Positions 36,600-46,905 of a stretch of DNA of 64,000 nt are shown in pieces. Source of the stretch: an uncultured delta proteobacterium (GTDB taxonomy: Bacteria > Desulfobacterota > Syntrophia > Syntrophales > Smithellaceae); assembly GCA_963753975.1 (NCBI GenBank), contig CAVWEH010000002.1:608001-672000 (forward strand), in the 5' to 3' direction. The position numbers were made by a program, and so were the translations under genes. The stretch's first letter is position 1. Each line of letters starts with the position of its first letter. A model generated the notes under the pieces. The model worked only from the letters and a program-made list of their open reading frames with translations, made no database searches and was not told the DNA's origin.

Positions 36600-37847
36600 A
36601 TGTCTGAAGTAACGAATGGAACTATTGTTGACCCTGCTAAATACAGGGGAAAAGTATTGGGGGCGGCCATTGCCGGATACGCCTTTGACGGTTTTGATAT
36701 CATGGTTTATGCTCTGACCGTGCCCGTGTTGTTTAAAGACTGGTTTGCACAAGGATTCAACATAGTGCAGGCCGGCGCCATCGGCACAGCCATGCTGATC
36801 GGTATGAGCCTCGGCGGCTATATCTTTGGGCCGATTGCCGATAAATTCGGCCGGAGAAAAGCTATGATCTGGAATCTTTCCTTTTTCGGTATTACTACCG
36901 GCCTGACCTTTTTTGCCCAGGATTATATCCAGTTGGGCGCACTGCGGTTCCTGGCCGGACTCGGACTGGGCGCCGAATACGCGCTGGGCGGAACAATGGC
37001 AGCGGAGTTCTTTCCGCCGGAGAAACGCGGCAAGCTCAGCTCCTGGGTACAGAATGGTTGGCCCATCGGTTTTGGCGCCGCTATTCTTGCCCAGTATTTC
37101 ATGCAGCCGATCTGGGGCTGGCGTTCTGTTTATCTCCTCGGCACATCGGCAGTTTTAGTCGCCATTTATATAGCAATCTTTGTTCCCGAATCACCCGTCT
37201 GGCTGAAGGCGCAGGAAGCTAAGAAAAAGGGCATTGTTACTCACGGACCACCTTCGGCAAAATTGTCCGATATTTTCCGTGGTGCTAACCTGCGGGAATT
37301 TCTCGTCGTCAGCATATTCTTTATCTGTCTGCTGACCGTCTACTGGGCGGTTAATACGTGGCTGCCTACTATTCTGGCCAGAGAAAGAGGGATGAGCCCG
37401 AAGGCATTAGCCACTTTCCTGGTAATTTTACAGCTTACGGCCGTGATCGCTTATTTCATCGGCGGAATTCTTGCGGATAAATTCGGCAAACGCAAAGTTA
37501 CGGCTATTGCCGCATTTATTTCTGCGGTAACGGGAGTCCTCTGGCTGGGTTTCGTATGGAGCGATAATGTTTTCTATGCGTTGGGATTCCTTGCCTGGTC
37601 GGTCCCATCGGTTGTCTGGGCAGTGGCGATAGGGCTCGCTGTCGAGCAGTTTCCCACCAACATCCGCGGCGTCGGCTTTGCCAGCGCCTTTTCCACAGGC
37701 CGTCTGGTGGCAACAATCGTACCGATCGCCATGGCGGCAGTAGCGATGAAAATTCCTCTGACGCTGGTTATGGCCGGTGTCACTGGTTTATATATCATCT
37801 GTATGTTTGCCATCCTCTTAATGAGAGAGACAAAGGCCCAGTTATAA
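36600..37847 (+). CDS. MFS transporter (sialate/aromatic-acid-like)
   Basis: 12 TM helices, DGFD, ADKFGRR, GLGAE, EQFPTNIRG. Confidence 0.9.
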   Translation: MSEVTNGTIVDPAKYRGKVLGAAIAGYAFDGFDIMVYALTVPVLFKDWFAQGFNIVQAGAIGTAMLIGMSLGGYIFGPIADKFGRRKAMIWNLSFFGITTGLTFFAQDYIQLGALRFLAGLGLGAEYALGGTMAAEFFPPEKRGKLSSWVQNGWPIGFGAAILAQYFMQPIWGWRSVYLLGTSAVLVAIYIAIFVPESPVWLKAQEAKKKGIVTHGPPSAKLSDIFRGANLREFLVVSIFFICLLTVYWAVNTWLPTILARERGMSPKALATFLVILQLTAVIAYFIGGILADKFGKRKVTAIAAFISAVTGVLWLGFVWSDNVFYALGFLAWSVPSVVWAVAIGLAVEQFPTNIRGVGFASAFSTGRLVATIVPIAMAAVAMKIPLTLVMAGVTGLYIICMFAILLMRETKAQL

Positions 37848-37889
37848 AAATATGATTCTAATTGGATAGAAAACCGGAATAAACCGGCT

Positions 37890-37940
37890 ATCATAAACCC
37901 CTTGTTCCTTTTCTTTTAGAAAGGGAACAAGGGTTTTATG
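37890..37940. terminator. Long hairpin terminator after the MFS gene
   Basis: AAACCCCTTGTTCCTTTT...AAAGGGAACAAGGGTTTT. Confidence 0.7.
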
Positions 37941-38084
37941 ATTTTAGCAATTTGTATTTTCATCTGTTTTATTTTTATCTTGTCAACAGGATACGGTTAT
38001 GATAGCGATATAAAAAGTAATAGCCAAAAGGCTAGTACGTTGCACAAAAAAGAATTAAAATCACACTATTAAAAGGGGGGCTTT

Positions 38085-38489
38085 ATGAAAAGATTTAATC
38101 TGGTTGTTATGTGTTTAGTTGTTTTAGGTTTGGTAGCTTCAGCGTCATTGAGCTATGCGGCACCGAAAAGCAAAGCTGCTGCTAAACCAGTTGCAAATGC
38201 CAACATAGATGGTAAGTGGTATTTTTCAGTTACAACGCCAACGGGTACAGGCAATCCTGTCTTTACATTTAAGCTAGACGGCAATAAATTGACGGGAAAC
38301 TATGCAGGCAGATTCGGAGAGGCACCGCTAACAGGAACCATGAAAGGTGACAACTTTGAAGTGAAGTACGTCCTGGACGGGGCAACTACGGTTTACAAAG
38401 GCAAGATTAGTGGTGACAAAGTATCCGGCACGTGTAATTTGGGAGGCCAGGTAGACGGTACTTTCGAGGGAGACAAAATAAAAAATTAA
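38085..38489 (+). CDS. Exported small beta-rich hypothetical protein
   Basis: Signal peptide; IDGKW...FTFKLDGNKLTG.Y...GTF.G.K pattern. Confidence 0.75.
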   Translation: MKRFNLVVMCLVVLGLVASASLSYAAPKSKAAAKPVANANIDGKWYFSVTTPTGTGNPVFTFKLDGNKLTGNYAGRFGEAPLTGTMKGDNFEVKYVLDGATTVYKGKISGDKVSGTCNLGGQVDGTFEGDKIKN

Positions 38490-38599
38490 CTGAATAGACT
38501 TGAGAAATACTCGAGTTGTTTTAATTGTTGTCAACAAATAGGATTTACCATGTTTTAGAAAAGGGGCCACAGGCGTAGCCTGAAGCCCCTTTTCTTCGT

Positions 38600-38811
38600 T
38601 TTTGGCTCACTGCCGAACTGGAAAAGAAGCTTTGAATACATTTATTAATGATGAGGCTTGGTTTTGCGGCGGCATGCATACGCTGCTTTTGTGCCCGAGA
38701 TGCAAAACCCATCGAAATATTTTTTATAGCTCCCCCAAATCCAGTTTCCATATGACCTTTGAAATGGGAGAAAACAATAAAGCCATCCGCTTGCTCAACG
38801 ATTCTTCCCAC
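38600..38811 (-). pseudogene. Internal fragment of a DUF362 Fe-S protein
   Basis: SHFKGHMETGFGGAIKNISMG..SR..K..MH motif; both ends missing. Confidence 0.7.
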
Positions 38812-38848
38812 CGGTGAAGTTTTCGTTACGGACCGCAGGCAATTACTT

Positions 38849-38876
38849 AATGGGTCAGTATTTCAAGTGGCAATCA
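38849..38876 (-). mobile_element. IS21-family-like terminal inverted repeat remnant
   Basis: Minus strand TGATTGCCACTTGAAATACTGACCCATT resembles IS21 ends (5'-TG, CTGACCCA box) by recall; similar box AATTGAGCCATTTT at about 39092; no istAB. Confidence 0.4.
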
Positions 38877-38909
38877 TCAATTCAATCCCAAACCAAAAAA
38901 CATTAATAA

Positions 38910-38938
38910 GTAGGTGTAGTCAGTAAGCACTTCTTCCT
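38910..38938 (+). repeat. 29-bp direct repeat, copy 2
   Basis: GTAGGTGTAGTCAGTAAGCACTTCTTCCT. Confidence 0.8.
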
Positions 38939-39150
38939 GAAAGAAACAAGTCGTTATTCTTATCGCGTATATTGGACTTCAATCAGTAATAAATACAAAT
39001 TTATACCCCACATTTTGTGGCCAAGATTTCCTGATTAACTGACAATTATTAAGTGGCCTGCCCCCAATGCTTGCACCATAAATCAAGTTCGAATTGAGCC
39101 ATTTTGACCCGGCACTGCAGAACTCAAGACAGTCAGACTAAAACGTATTC

Positions 39151-39294
39151 AAATCACGGGTATGAACCCCAAAGCAAGCTTTGGAAACATATTCCGCAGC
39201 AAGCTGCGGGGTATTAAACCCTCCGCTTCGCGGGATTGTTCAACTTACCAATTCCGCTACGCTTCGCTTTCGGAATTGGAGTTTCAACAATAAA
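39151..39294 (+). repeat. Compact complete copy of the modular intergenic element
   Basis: AAATCACGGGTATGAACC...CCGCAGCAAGCTGCGGGG...CGCGGGAT-TGTTCAACTTAC[CAATTCCG..CGGAATTG]GAGTTTCAACAATAAA. Confidence 0.9.
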
Positions 39295-39311
39295 AAGCCC
39301 CATAAAACTCA

Positions 39312-42114
39312 TCAAATATCTATCGAAAGCATATAATATTCGACCCTTCTTTGCGGATAGAGCGTTGCCATAATCTTTGTGTAACGCTTGAGCTGTTCCT
39401 CATATTTGTACCTTAGTCCTCTCATGGAACCGGATTTATAATCAATGATCGTAATGAGATTCTCCGACACGATCATTCTATCCACTATACCAAAACTTTC
39501 CTTATCCGATATCTGTTGCTCGATATAGACATTGCCCGGTCGGAACATTACGGCGGAAACATCGCTTCTTTCAACAAAACGAACCGCCGCTTCATATTCT
39601 TCATCGTTTAGTTCTCCGTCCGGCGGAAGCGTCGTCCCGATCAACAACCTTAGCCAGCCAGCGGTGCAACCGATCACCTCTCATAATACCGGCCTTGATA
39701 TAGGCCGATATCAGCTCCGGATCAATCTCGCCGTATTTTTCCGGCTCATCATTATGCTTTGCAGGCACACTGAGTATAATTACTGGCTCCGGCTCTTTTT
39801 TCTTGCCGGACAAATAACAAATTTCTTTCTTACTGCCATCCGGTGCAAACCGCAAAAATGTATTAAGCATCGCCTGATGGACAGGCTTGCAGTTTTCGTC
39901 TTTTTTCTTCGGCAGAAAAACAGATAGTGTTCTTATGGCTCTTGTTGCGGCTACATAGAAAACATTCGCCTTCTCCCGACGTAGTTGTTTCAGGTTTATT
40001 TCATGATTCTCAATGATATCTTTGGCTATTGCCGAATCGCTCGCGCCTAGAAAATTAATCTCATCGCCTGAAAATTTCATATTACATTGCCGGGCTTCCA
40101 GATAGAACGGCGACGTTTTTTCATCCTCATTCCAGAAAACAAATACATGTTTGAACTGCAGGCCTTTTGTCCCGTGAATTGTGTCAACTTTAATATTTTC
40201 ACTATTTTCCGACTCCGGCACCTTCACACTAAAACGAATATTGAACATCCTCAGAAGAAAACCATCCACGTCAGCGCCGCCTTCCCTGAAGAAGGACTGC
40301 GCTTCATCCTGCCAGATATCAAGTATTGTCGAGGGCAGTTTCCTGCGCAAAACTTCAATCGCGCAACTAACCGCCATCAACCCGAATGGCTGTGGATACT
40401 TTTGCGCAAACTCCGCCCGGATAGCCTCAATGTTGCCGAATATTTCTTTCCATAATGTTGAATTTGCCGCTGTGGCGATGAACCGTGTCTTATCCTCTTT
40501 CGCCAAAACACCGGCAATGAAAAACATTGCCGCCACTCCTTCCTCTGTTGAAAGAAGCTGTCTTCCTTTTACCGCTGCCACGCCAATGTCGTTTTTTAAA
40601 AGCTCGGCTTCAATCTTCTGCACATGATTGTTGGTCAAAGCCAGCACCGCCATGTCTCCCCAGGGACAGCCATACTCAGCCTTTTTCTTCTTCAGATATT
40701 CTACCATCGCGGAATAGAAAGGGGCTTCCGAATTGCCATCTTTTTCCAGCTCGACGCGATTCACCTCTGTCACACCGTCAAAAGTTTCCAGCTTCTCCGG
40801 CGGTTTCTGCGTTTCCGTTTTTTCCTTTCCGGTAAAGAGATTGGCGACAAGTTCATTAAAAAAGGAAATGAGTAGAGGCGTGCTGCGATAATTGTATTCG
40901 AGCGATCTTTCCGTGATTATTTTGTTCTTGATGTATCTGCCGATGGCTTCTTCCAGAGCCTCGCGGTCTGCACCGCGCCACCCGTAGATCATTTGCTTCC
41001 AATCGCCCACAGCAAAAAAAGACCTTTCGCCGCGCTCACCTCGGCCGGATAAAATCTCATCAATTAAAGGCAACAGTATCGCGATATCACCTTTTGAGGT
41101 ATCCTGAAATTCATCAATCAGCAGATGCTCCGTCCGATCGAGTCCCAGAGAAAAGTAATTGCTCATGAGCTTCGGGCGATCAATCGCTGCCACCCCGTCC
41201 AGTTCAAGGAGGCCTCTGCGCACATCCTGGAAAAAGATCAGTCCTTTCTCGTTTTTCACGGCGTCAGCCGCCTCCAAATATAACTTGCAAAGAGAAGCTA
41301 CAGCCAGTTCTCTAAGCAGTACCTTGTTGATGGACAGCTTCTCGGCAGTCTTTCTGAAATCCTTAAAAATTTTGTTAAGATCCGAATACGGTGTGTTCTT
41401 CCATTCTATCGCTTTGCCCAGGCTCTTGTAATGTTCCAAATCAGAATGGGTTGCCACAGCCCTGGAAATAAAACTGTCATAATCGGCCAAATAATTTATA
41501 ACCAACCTGTTAACATTAGGCGTCACTTGGTCTGCCAAAGTTTTGGCTTTTTCACTGATAGATGTAAGCGTATTTCTTAGAACTCCATTCTCTTTCATCA
41601 GAGCATCAATATCTTTGAGCCTCTCCATATCCATCAGACAGCGTTCGATAGTTTGTTCCTCCGCCAGAGGTTCCCAAAGCGCGTCCATGTCTGTTCTTAA
41701 TATCCTGGCCACCATGATGATCTTATCGGCCCTACCGCTTTTTATTACGTTGTCACGAAAAAGGATTTCTATCTCGCGCAACAGTTCTATTTGCGCCTTC
41801 TCGTCCGCGAGTTTTGGCACACTGCCGGCCGCGCAGCCGGCCGCGGAAAAGAGCCGGTAAAAAAAAGAATCTATTGTCGAATAACCGACGCGCCCTGCCT
41901 CCATAATCAGCCTTAAGCGCTCAAACAGAGGCAGTCCCTTTTTTTCGGCTATCTCTTTCATTATTCGATAGCGCATCTCGGTGGTGGCGGCGCGTGTAAA
42001 GGTCAGCGCTGCAATGAATTTCCCGCCGATAAGAATCCTTTTGAACACCTCTTCGGTGAGTCTTGTTGTTTTTCCCGAGCCTGCCGAGGCTTTCAGTAGA
42101 ATGCTTTTCATCAC
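39312..42114 (-). CDS. addA: AddA-like UvrD helicase with C-terminal PD-(D/E)XK nuclease (apparent +1 frameshift near 39638)
   Basis: ASAGSGKT, TFTRAA, IDEFQDT, VGDWKQMIYGWRGA, NYRS, TIHGTKGL, YVAATRA; next frame IVDR..IIDYKSG..QLKRY. Confidence 0.8.
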
Positions 42115-44501
42115 ATATTCCCCCGGACAGTTTTATAATAATCTTCGCGGCCGCATAAGGCCTGAAACCGGCAGTATTCACACTCTTCGCAATCATGCCC
42201 AGGCAAAAGTTCGCTGCCGCCGATAATCGCATCCAGGCGCTCCTTGATCGCCAACATCAGCGCAGCCGCCTCGACGCTTTCTTTCTCCGGGAGTTTTATC
42301 TCCCGATCTTTTGATGGTTCCTTCAGAAAATAAAAACGCGCGCCTTGAGCGCCCTTGTTTAAGTGCTGATAGATAACAAGCTGTGCTGCGGGGTGCAGAA
42401 TACCTTTTTCTTTAAAACGCTCCAACACGGTTGTTCTAACCGGAGGATTAAACTTGTCTTTCTTTTTTGAATATTTGAAATCAATAACCTCAGTGCGCCC
42501 AGCTATCTTTGCCAATCGGTCCGAACTTCCTGTTATTTTATAGCGTCGGGCGATTGTACCACTGAATTTTTCCTCGCAAGATATGGCATTGTCGGCAAAA
42601 ATTATTCGTTCACCTGATTCTTTCTCGTCCTCAAATATTTCCCTTAAAAATATTTTCGCGTTGAGCATGTAGATATTTATCCCGTCAACATCTCTGATCG
42701 CAGCGTTTTCATCACTAATCCAGAGCTTGTCAAAGAGCTTCTCCCAGTCAGCGAACCTGTCCTTGCCAACGGTTGAGAGCTGTTGCAGGAATTTATGAAC
42801 AAAACTTCCCATCTGCATATTAATTTTTTCGTCATCATCCATAAACGCGGGGGGCTCAATCCCAAGGATATATTGATAGTAAAACAAAAAAGGACAGTTC
42901 AGTATCTTACCTAGGCTCGAAAAAGAATAGGTGAAATCCTTCAGCTTATTCCTTAGATTATCATCAATTTTTATCGCAGGCTTTTCAGCTCTTTGCCTCA
43001 CCGAAAGCGATTCTTTAAATGCCGTTGCTGTAATTGATTTTCCGAATTCCTGCGCCAGCAGGCTCATGAAGTAGCTCGGTGTTCTTTCTCTTATTATATC
43101 GGTTACCGCGACTATCTTGATTTTTTCGCCCTGAGCCAGAATCTGCCGGAAAACAAGATCCTCATATTCAAAAACACTTTTTCTCAGTTGCGGAACATGC
43201 ACCGGATTAATGAAAGGTCCTTCAAAGGGCTGCGAGGGCATAATGCCGCTATCCAGAGAAAGTATCAGTCCCCTGCTGAATTTCTCTCCCGAAACATGGC
43301 CAAAACCGACAACTTGCACCGGCGCTGATCTGCTTCCTGTGACGCGGAATTTTTTAGCTTCTATCAATATTTTCGCGGCATCAGACAGATTAGGCCCCAG
43401 CCTCTCTTTCCACTCATCAAGAAGAGTGGAAAAAGATACTGCCACCTCAAACGCCTCACACTCCTCGCGAACATAACTGTCTCTGTTCATGGATAACTCC
43501 ATCGCACAGGTTGTGGCAAATCTCCTGAAATCGGGCGTTTTTCCCAACGCTTGAGCTTTTTCTACCTCAGCGAGCAGCCTCTTTGCCGCCGCAGTTGTCG
43601 AAAACGGCAGCCAGACGGCAAGATTGACAGCATTCCCGAAGAGGCGCAGCGATCTGTTCCAGAGCATCGGTGTGAGCGACTCATCAAGCAGAAATAACAT
43701 CAACTGATCATTACCTGATTTTTCTTTGAGAAAAGCGGCGACCTCCAGCGTGACAAGGTCAACCAGAGCATGAAGTCCGGCCAGCGAGACCAGTTCAATG
43801 CTCGTTCCTTCCGAAGAAGGTGTAATCCCTCCGCCGAAGGATAAGACAAGATTCTTTGCCGAATCGAAGGGCAGCTTGTCCGGACCGGATAAATCAGTCC
43901 CGAAAAGCGGCTCATCAATGAATAATCTTTCTTTTCTTATTTTTCTGTAGAAGCGCTCGGTAACCGGCGTCATCTCGGGAAGTCCGATAAATACTTCCTT
44001 TTCTCCGGGAGTTATCCCGTCGAGCAGAGATATTTCCAGTTCCGGCGCGAAAAGATTTATCCGAGAGAGCCATTCACGAAAATCCTGCGCGGTTTCCAGG
44101 TATTCCTCAAGCCTATTCCATTCATCCTCGGTAAACCGCTCGGCACCGAAAATTGTATCCCTGCCAATCTTATATTCCGCAAGTCTAGCGATCAGGGGCA
44201 AAAGACCGGCGGCACGTCTGGCGGGGTATTGCTCATCCGGGAATCTTTCAGCCAGGAATTGGATAAATAAAAAAAGCTGCTCTTCACTGGGAACAGGATG
44301 GAGATTCAGTTTATTGCTGATTTTTTTAGTAATGTATGAATCAAGACTTGCGACCTGGGGCAGGATACCGCCAAGCTTGCCGTGTATAAGGTTTTGCAGG
44401 GGGTCTACAGCCCTTTCGTTGGCACAAATTATTGTCCAGGCGGAAAGATCGGGATGATCAATCCGCAGAAGCTCTATTATCTTTTCCGAATATTGCAACA
44501 T
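42111..44501 (-). CDS. addB: AddB-like subunit: degenerate helicase fold with Fe-S-staple PD-(D/E)XK nuclease
   Basis: SFSSL...CPF, G..DRL...IDFKY, QL.IY, CEYCRFQALC; overlaps the addA start. Confidence 0.75.
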   Translation of the reverse strand: MLQYSEKIIELLRIDHPDLSAWTIICANERAVDPLQNLIHGKLGGILPQVASLDSYITKKISNKLNLHPVPSEEQLFLFIQFLAERFPDEQYPARRAAGLLPLIARLAEYKIGRDTIFGAERFTEDEWNRLEEYLETAQDFREWLSRINLFAPELEISLLDGITPGEKEVFIGLPEMTPVTERFYRKIRKERLFIDEPLFGTDLSGPDKLPFDSAKNLVLSFGGGITPSSEGTSIELVSLAGLHALVDLVTLEVAAFLKEKSGNDQLMLFLLDESLTPMLWNRSLRLFGNAVNLAVWLPFSTTAAAKRLLAEVEKAQALGKTPDFRRFATTCAMELSMNRDSYVREECEAFEVAVSFSTLLDEWKERLGPNLSDAAKILIEAKKFRVTGSRSAPVQVVGFGHVSGEKFSRGLILSLDSGIMPSQPFEGPFINPVHVPQLRKSVFEYEDLVFRQILAQGEKIKIVAVTDIIRERTPSYFMSLLAQEFGKSITATAFKESLSVRQRAEKPAIKIDDNLRNKLKDFTYSFSSLGKILNCPFLFYYQYILGIEPPAFMDDDEKINMQMGSFVHKFLQQLSTVGKDRFADWEKLFDKLWISDENAAIRDVDGINIYMLNAKIFLREIFEDEKESGERIIFADNAISCEEKFSGTIARRYKITGSSDRLAKIAGRTEVIDFKYSKKKDKFNPPVRTTVLERFKEKGILHPAAQLVIYQHLNKGAQGARFYFLKEPSKDREIKLPEKESVEAAALMLAIKERLDAIIGGSELLPGHDCEECEYCRFQALCGREDYYKTVRGNM

Positions 44502-44643
44502 GTTGCCTCGCGATGGACATTAATGTTTCTTTTAACCAATTTATTGCTGACGAATATTTTCCTGGCTTTTTTTACTTTCCTATTTTACGTAAATTGAATA
44601 ACATAATTTTTACAAAACCAATATCAATTTTCATTAATAAACT

Positions 44644-45594
44644 ATGGGCTACACATTAAACACTACAGACAGTTACCACATAAACGATTTAAATTCTCTG
44701 GGATGGGAATTAACCGTTTGCAATGCTCTGTACCCGCAAAATAGTCCTTGCCGCAGAGTTTTGCAAACAAAGGCTTCTTTAGGAGTTAACCTCTACCGGT
44801 TTTTAGAAAAGCTTATTCCTATTAAGGAGATACATAATATTCTGGAAGTCGGCGGAGGCCTCGGGTACCTGATGCATGATTTCCTTATGCTTAACCCGCA
44901 ACTTACGCCAACCATGCTCGATATTTCTCCTTATCTTTTGAAAAAACAAAAGGAAAATTTAAAGAGCTTTGAAGTTGATTTTTATGAAAACGATATTTTG
45001 AAAATGGAAATTAATGAGTTTGCAATCTTTGATTTAGTCATTATGAATGAAAATCTTGGTGACCTGCCCACCATGGTTGCATATCCCGGTAAAATATCTA
45101 ACGTGGAAGAAAACCCTGCGTACTACTTGGAAAAAGCAAACTATTTCAGCAAGAAATATAAGATACCTTTTGCGGAAGAAGAAAATATCAATATCGGCGC
45201 TATGGTTCTCTTAGAAAATATTTGCCAAGCTGGAGTAAAATACATATATCTCAGCGAACATAGTTGCGAATCCAGAGTGCCGGAGAGACTAAAGTCTTGC
45301 ATTAATATCGAATCAGCGGGGATTCCTGAAAAGATACCGCTCAAAGGCCATGATGAATACACTCTTAAATTTTCTTACTTGCAAAAAATTGCGGAAATGT
45401 TTCATTATAAAGTCAGGCGCGGGCCGATAGCGGATTTTTTGTCTTTGCAGATCAACAGCAGGGTTTTGGCCGCGCTTAGATTAGTGACGCCTTTTACTTC
45501 CGATCAAGAAATTATCCGGCATTTCATTTATGATCTTTATAAATATGAATATATGATTTTAATTAAACGGAAAAGCAGGAGGAAGCCATCATGA
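44644..45594 (+). CDS. Class I SAM-dependent methyltransferase-like protein
   Basis: ILEVGGGLG, MLDISP, FDLVIMNENLGDLP. Confidence 0.75.
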   Translation: MGYTLNTTDSYHINDLNSLGWELTVCNALYPQNSPCRRVLQTKASLGVNLYRFLEKLIPIKEIHNILEVGGGLGYLMHDFLMLNPQLTPTMLDISPYLLKKQKENLKSFEVDFYENDILKMEINEFAIFDLVIMNENLGDLPTMVAYPGKISNVEENPAYYLEKANYFSKKYKIPFAEEENINIGAMVLLENICQAGVKYIYLSEHSCESRVPERLKSCINIESAGIPEKIPLKGHDEYTLKFSYLQKIAEMFHYKVRRGPIADFLSLQINSRVLAALRLVTPFTSDQEIIRHFIYDLYKYEYMILIKRKSRRKPS

Positions 45595-45956
45595 ATATTA
45601 TGACAAAAGTTTTAGTTGTTTGTTCTATCGCCTTATTTTTTGCCACCGCCGATTGCTGGGCTTTTCGCTGCGGATCAGGTCTGGTGAGCAGCGGCACCAC
45701 TAAAACGCAGGTGCTGATAACTTGCGGGAAACCAACTTCCAAGGAAAAGACATGCGAAAATCGCCAGCAATACACAACGACAGACAAATACGGTAAAATC
45801 AAAAAAATTAGAAAATGTGGCAAAAAATTAGAAATATGGCACTACAACTGCGGCGATATGGATTTCATTTACGCTCTTACCTTTGAAAATAACATTTTAA
45901 AAAATGAGACTACCGAAGGCCGCGGCAAAGGTAAATCAGATTGCAGAGGAAAGTGA
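45591..45956 (+). CDS. DUF2845-like exported protein
   Basis: Signal peptide, FRCGSGLVS.G....VL..CG.P, E.W.YN.G. Confidence 0.75.
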   Translation: MNIMTKVLVVCSIALFFATADCWAFRCGSGLVSSGTTKTQVLITCGKPTSKEKTCENRQQYTTTDKYGKIKKIRKCGKKLEIWHYNCGDMDFIYALTFENNILKNETTEGRGKGKSDCRGK

Positions 45957-45979
45957 ATTATGCTTTTTATGTAAAGCTG

Positions 45980-46101
45980 TAATTGAAGCTCTCCGCGACA
46001 AGCCGCGGAGAATCTTCGCTTCTCAAGGAACAATATCCTTCAGTATTCGGTCGCTTACCCGAAAGCTCGCTACAGGGAATGCTCGCTGTCGAATTCAATT
46101 A
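45980..46101. repeat. MITE-like palindromic element with 8-bp terminal inverted repeats
   Basis: TAATTGAA...TTCAATTA ends; internal CTCCGCGACAAGCCGCGGAG hairpin related to the CCGCAGCAAGCTGCGG module. Confidence 0.6.
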
Positions 46102-46797
46102 TTAAGCCCATCCTTCCGCCGCCAGAGCGTCATGTAATTCGTCAGGATGATGGCGGCACCTATATTCGAGATGACTTGACTCGGCATGAGCTTTGCTGTA
46201 TGGCCATCCTTTAGCCATGCGGTTCCTCTCGTGCAGCTCATGCACGAGCACATAACCTCGTTCCTGTTCAATTATATCATCATCAATCCACACTTCATTT
46301 CCCGGAACAAACTCGTAGACCTTATCATGTCCGCCTTCTGTAAAATCAATATCAAACGTACTCCTCACCAGCCTGCCGTTGACCAGCCAAACTGTGATTC
46401 CATTTTCCAGTTTTTTCCACATTTTTTCGTGCATTTCCTTTCCGTCGGGGAGCTGCTGACCAAGCTTGGTAATTTTTCTCAAATCGCCGGCGCGCCTACG
46501 TTCTTTCCTTTCCTGCTTATCAGCTTCTACTATCGCATCTTCGTATGGCATTCCCTGTTTCATCAAGCGATATTCTACCAGCAAGTGTTCAATAAAAAAT
46601 TGTCTCTCATCTTGATGAGCTTCCTTATCCAGCCACAGTTCTTTTTCCGGTATATAAGAATACCGGAAGTGCTGGCCGAAATTAGTGAACTCCTCATCAG
46701 TATGCCCGCGAATGTAACTGCCGTCGACTATCCAAATCTTAAGATCTCCGCGTTTATCTATCAATTTTATGTAAGGAAGCTTTAGAGTTTCTTTCAT
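46102..46797 (-). CDS. Hypothetical protein made of two tandem homologous domains, the second with a HExxE motif
   Basis: IWIVDG..IR...EFT..G.H..Y..IP..ELWLD vs VWLVNG..VR...DFT..G.H..Y..VP..EVWID; HELHE...AH; GAGG SD. Confidence 0.75.
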   Translation of the reverse strand: MKETLKLPYIKLIDKRGDLKIWIVDGSYIRGHTDEEFTNFGQHFRYSYIPEKELWLDKEAHQDERQFFIEHLLVEYRLMKQGMPYEDAIVEADKQERKERRRAGDLRKITKLGQQLPDGKEMHEKMWKKLENGITVWLVNGRLVRSTFDIDFTEGGHDKVYEFVPGNEVWIDDDIIEQERGYVLVHELHERNRMAKGWPYSKAHAESSHLEYRCRHHPDELHDALAAEGWA

Positions 46798-46905
46798 GGT
46801 AATATCCTCTTTTTTGTTGTATATCGGCTTGTATTATTTCAAAATTGTCTGACTTTTTCAATACCTAAAGCCTACTAAAAGCATAACACTAATTCTTTAT
46901 CTGCT

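Noticed and set aside
39312..44501. Novel helicase-nuclease defence system
   Set aside because: Gene order and motifs (UvrD plus nuclease; Fe-S-staple nuclease partner) fit an ordinary compact AddAB.
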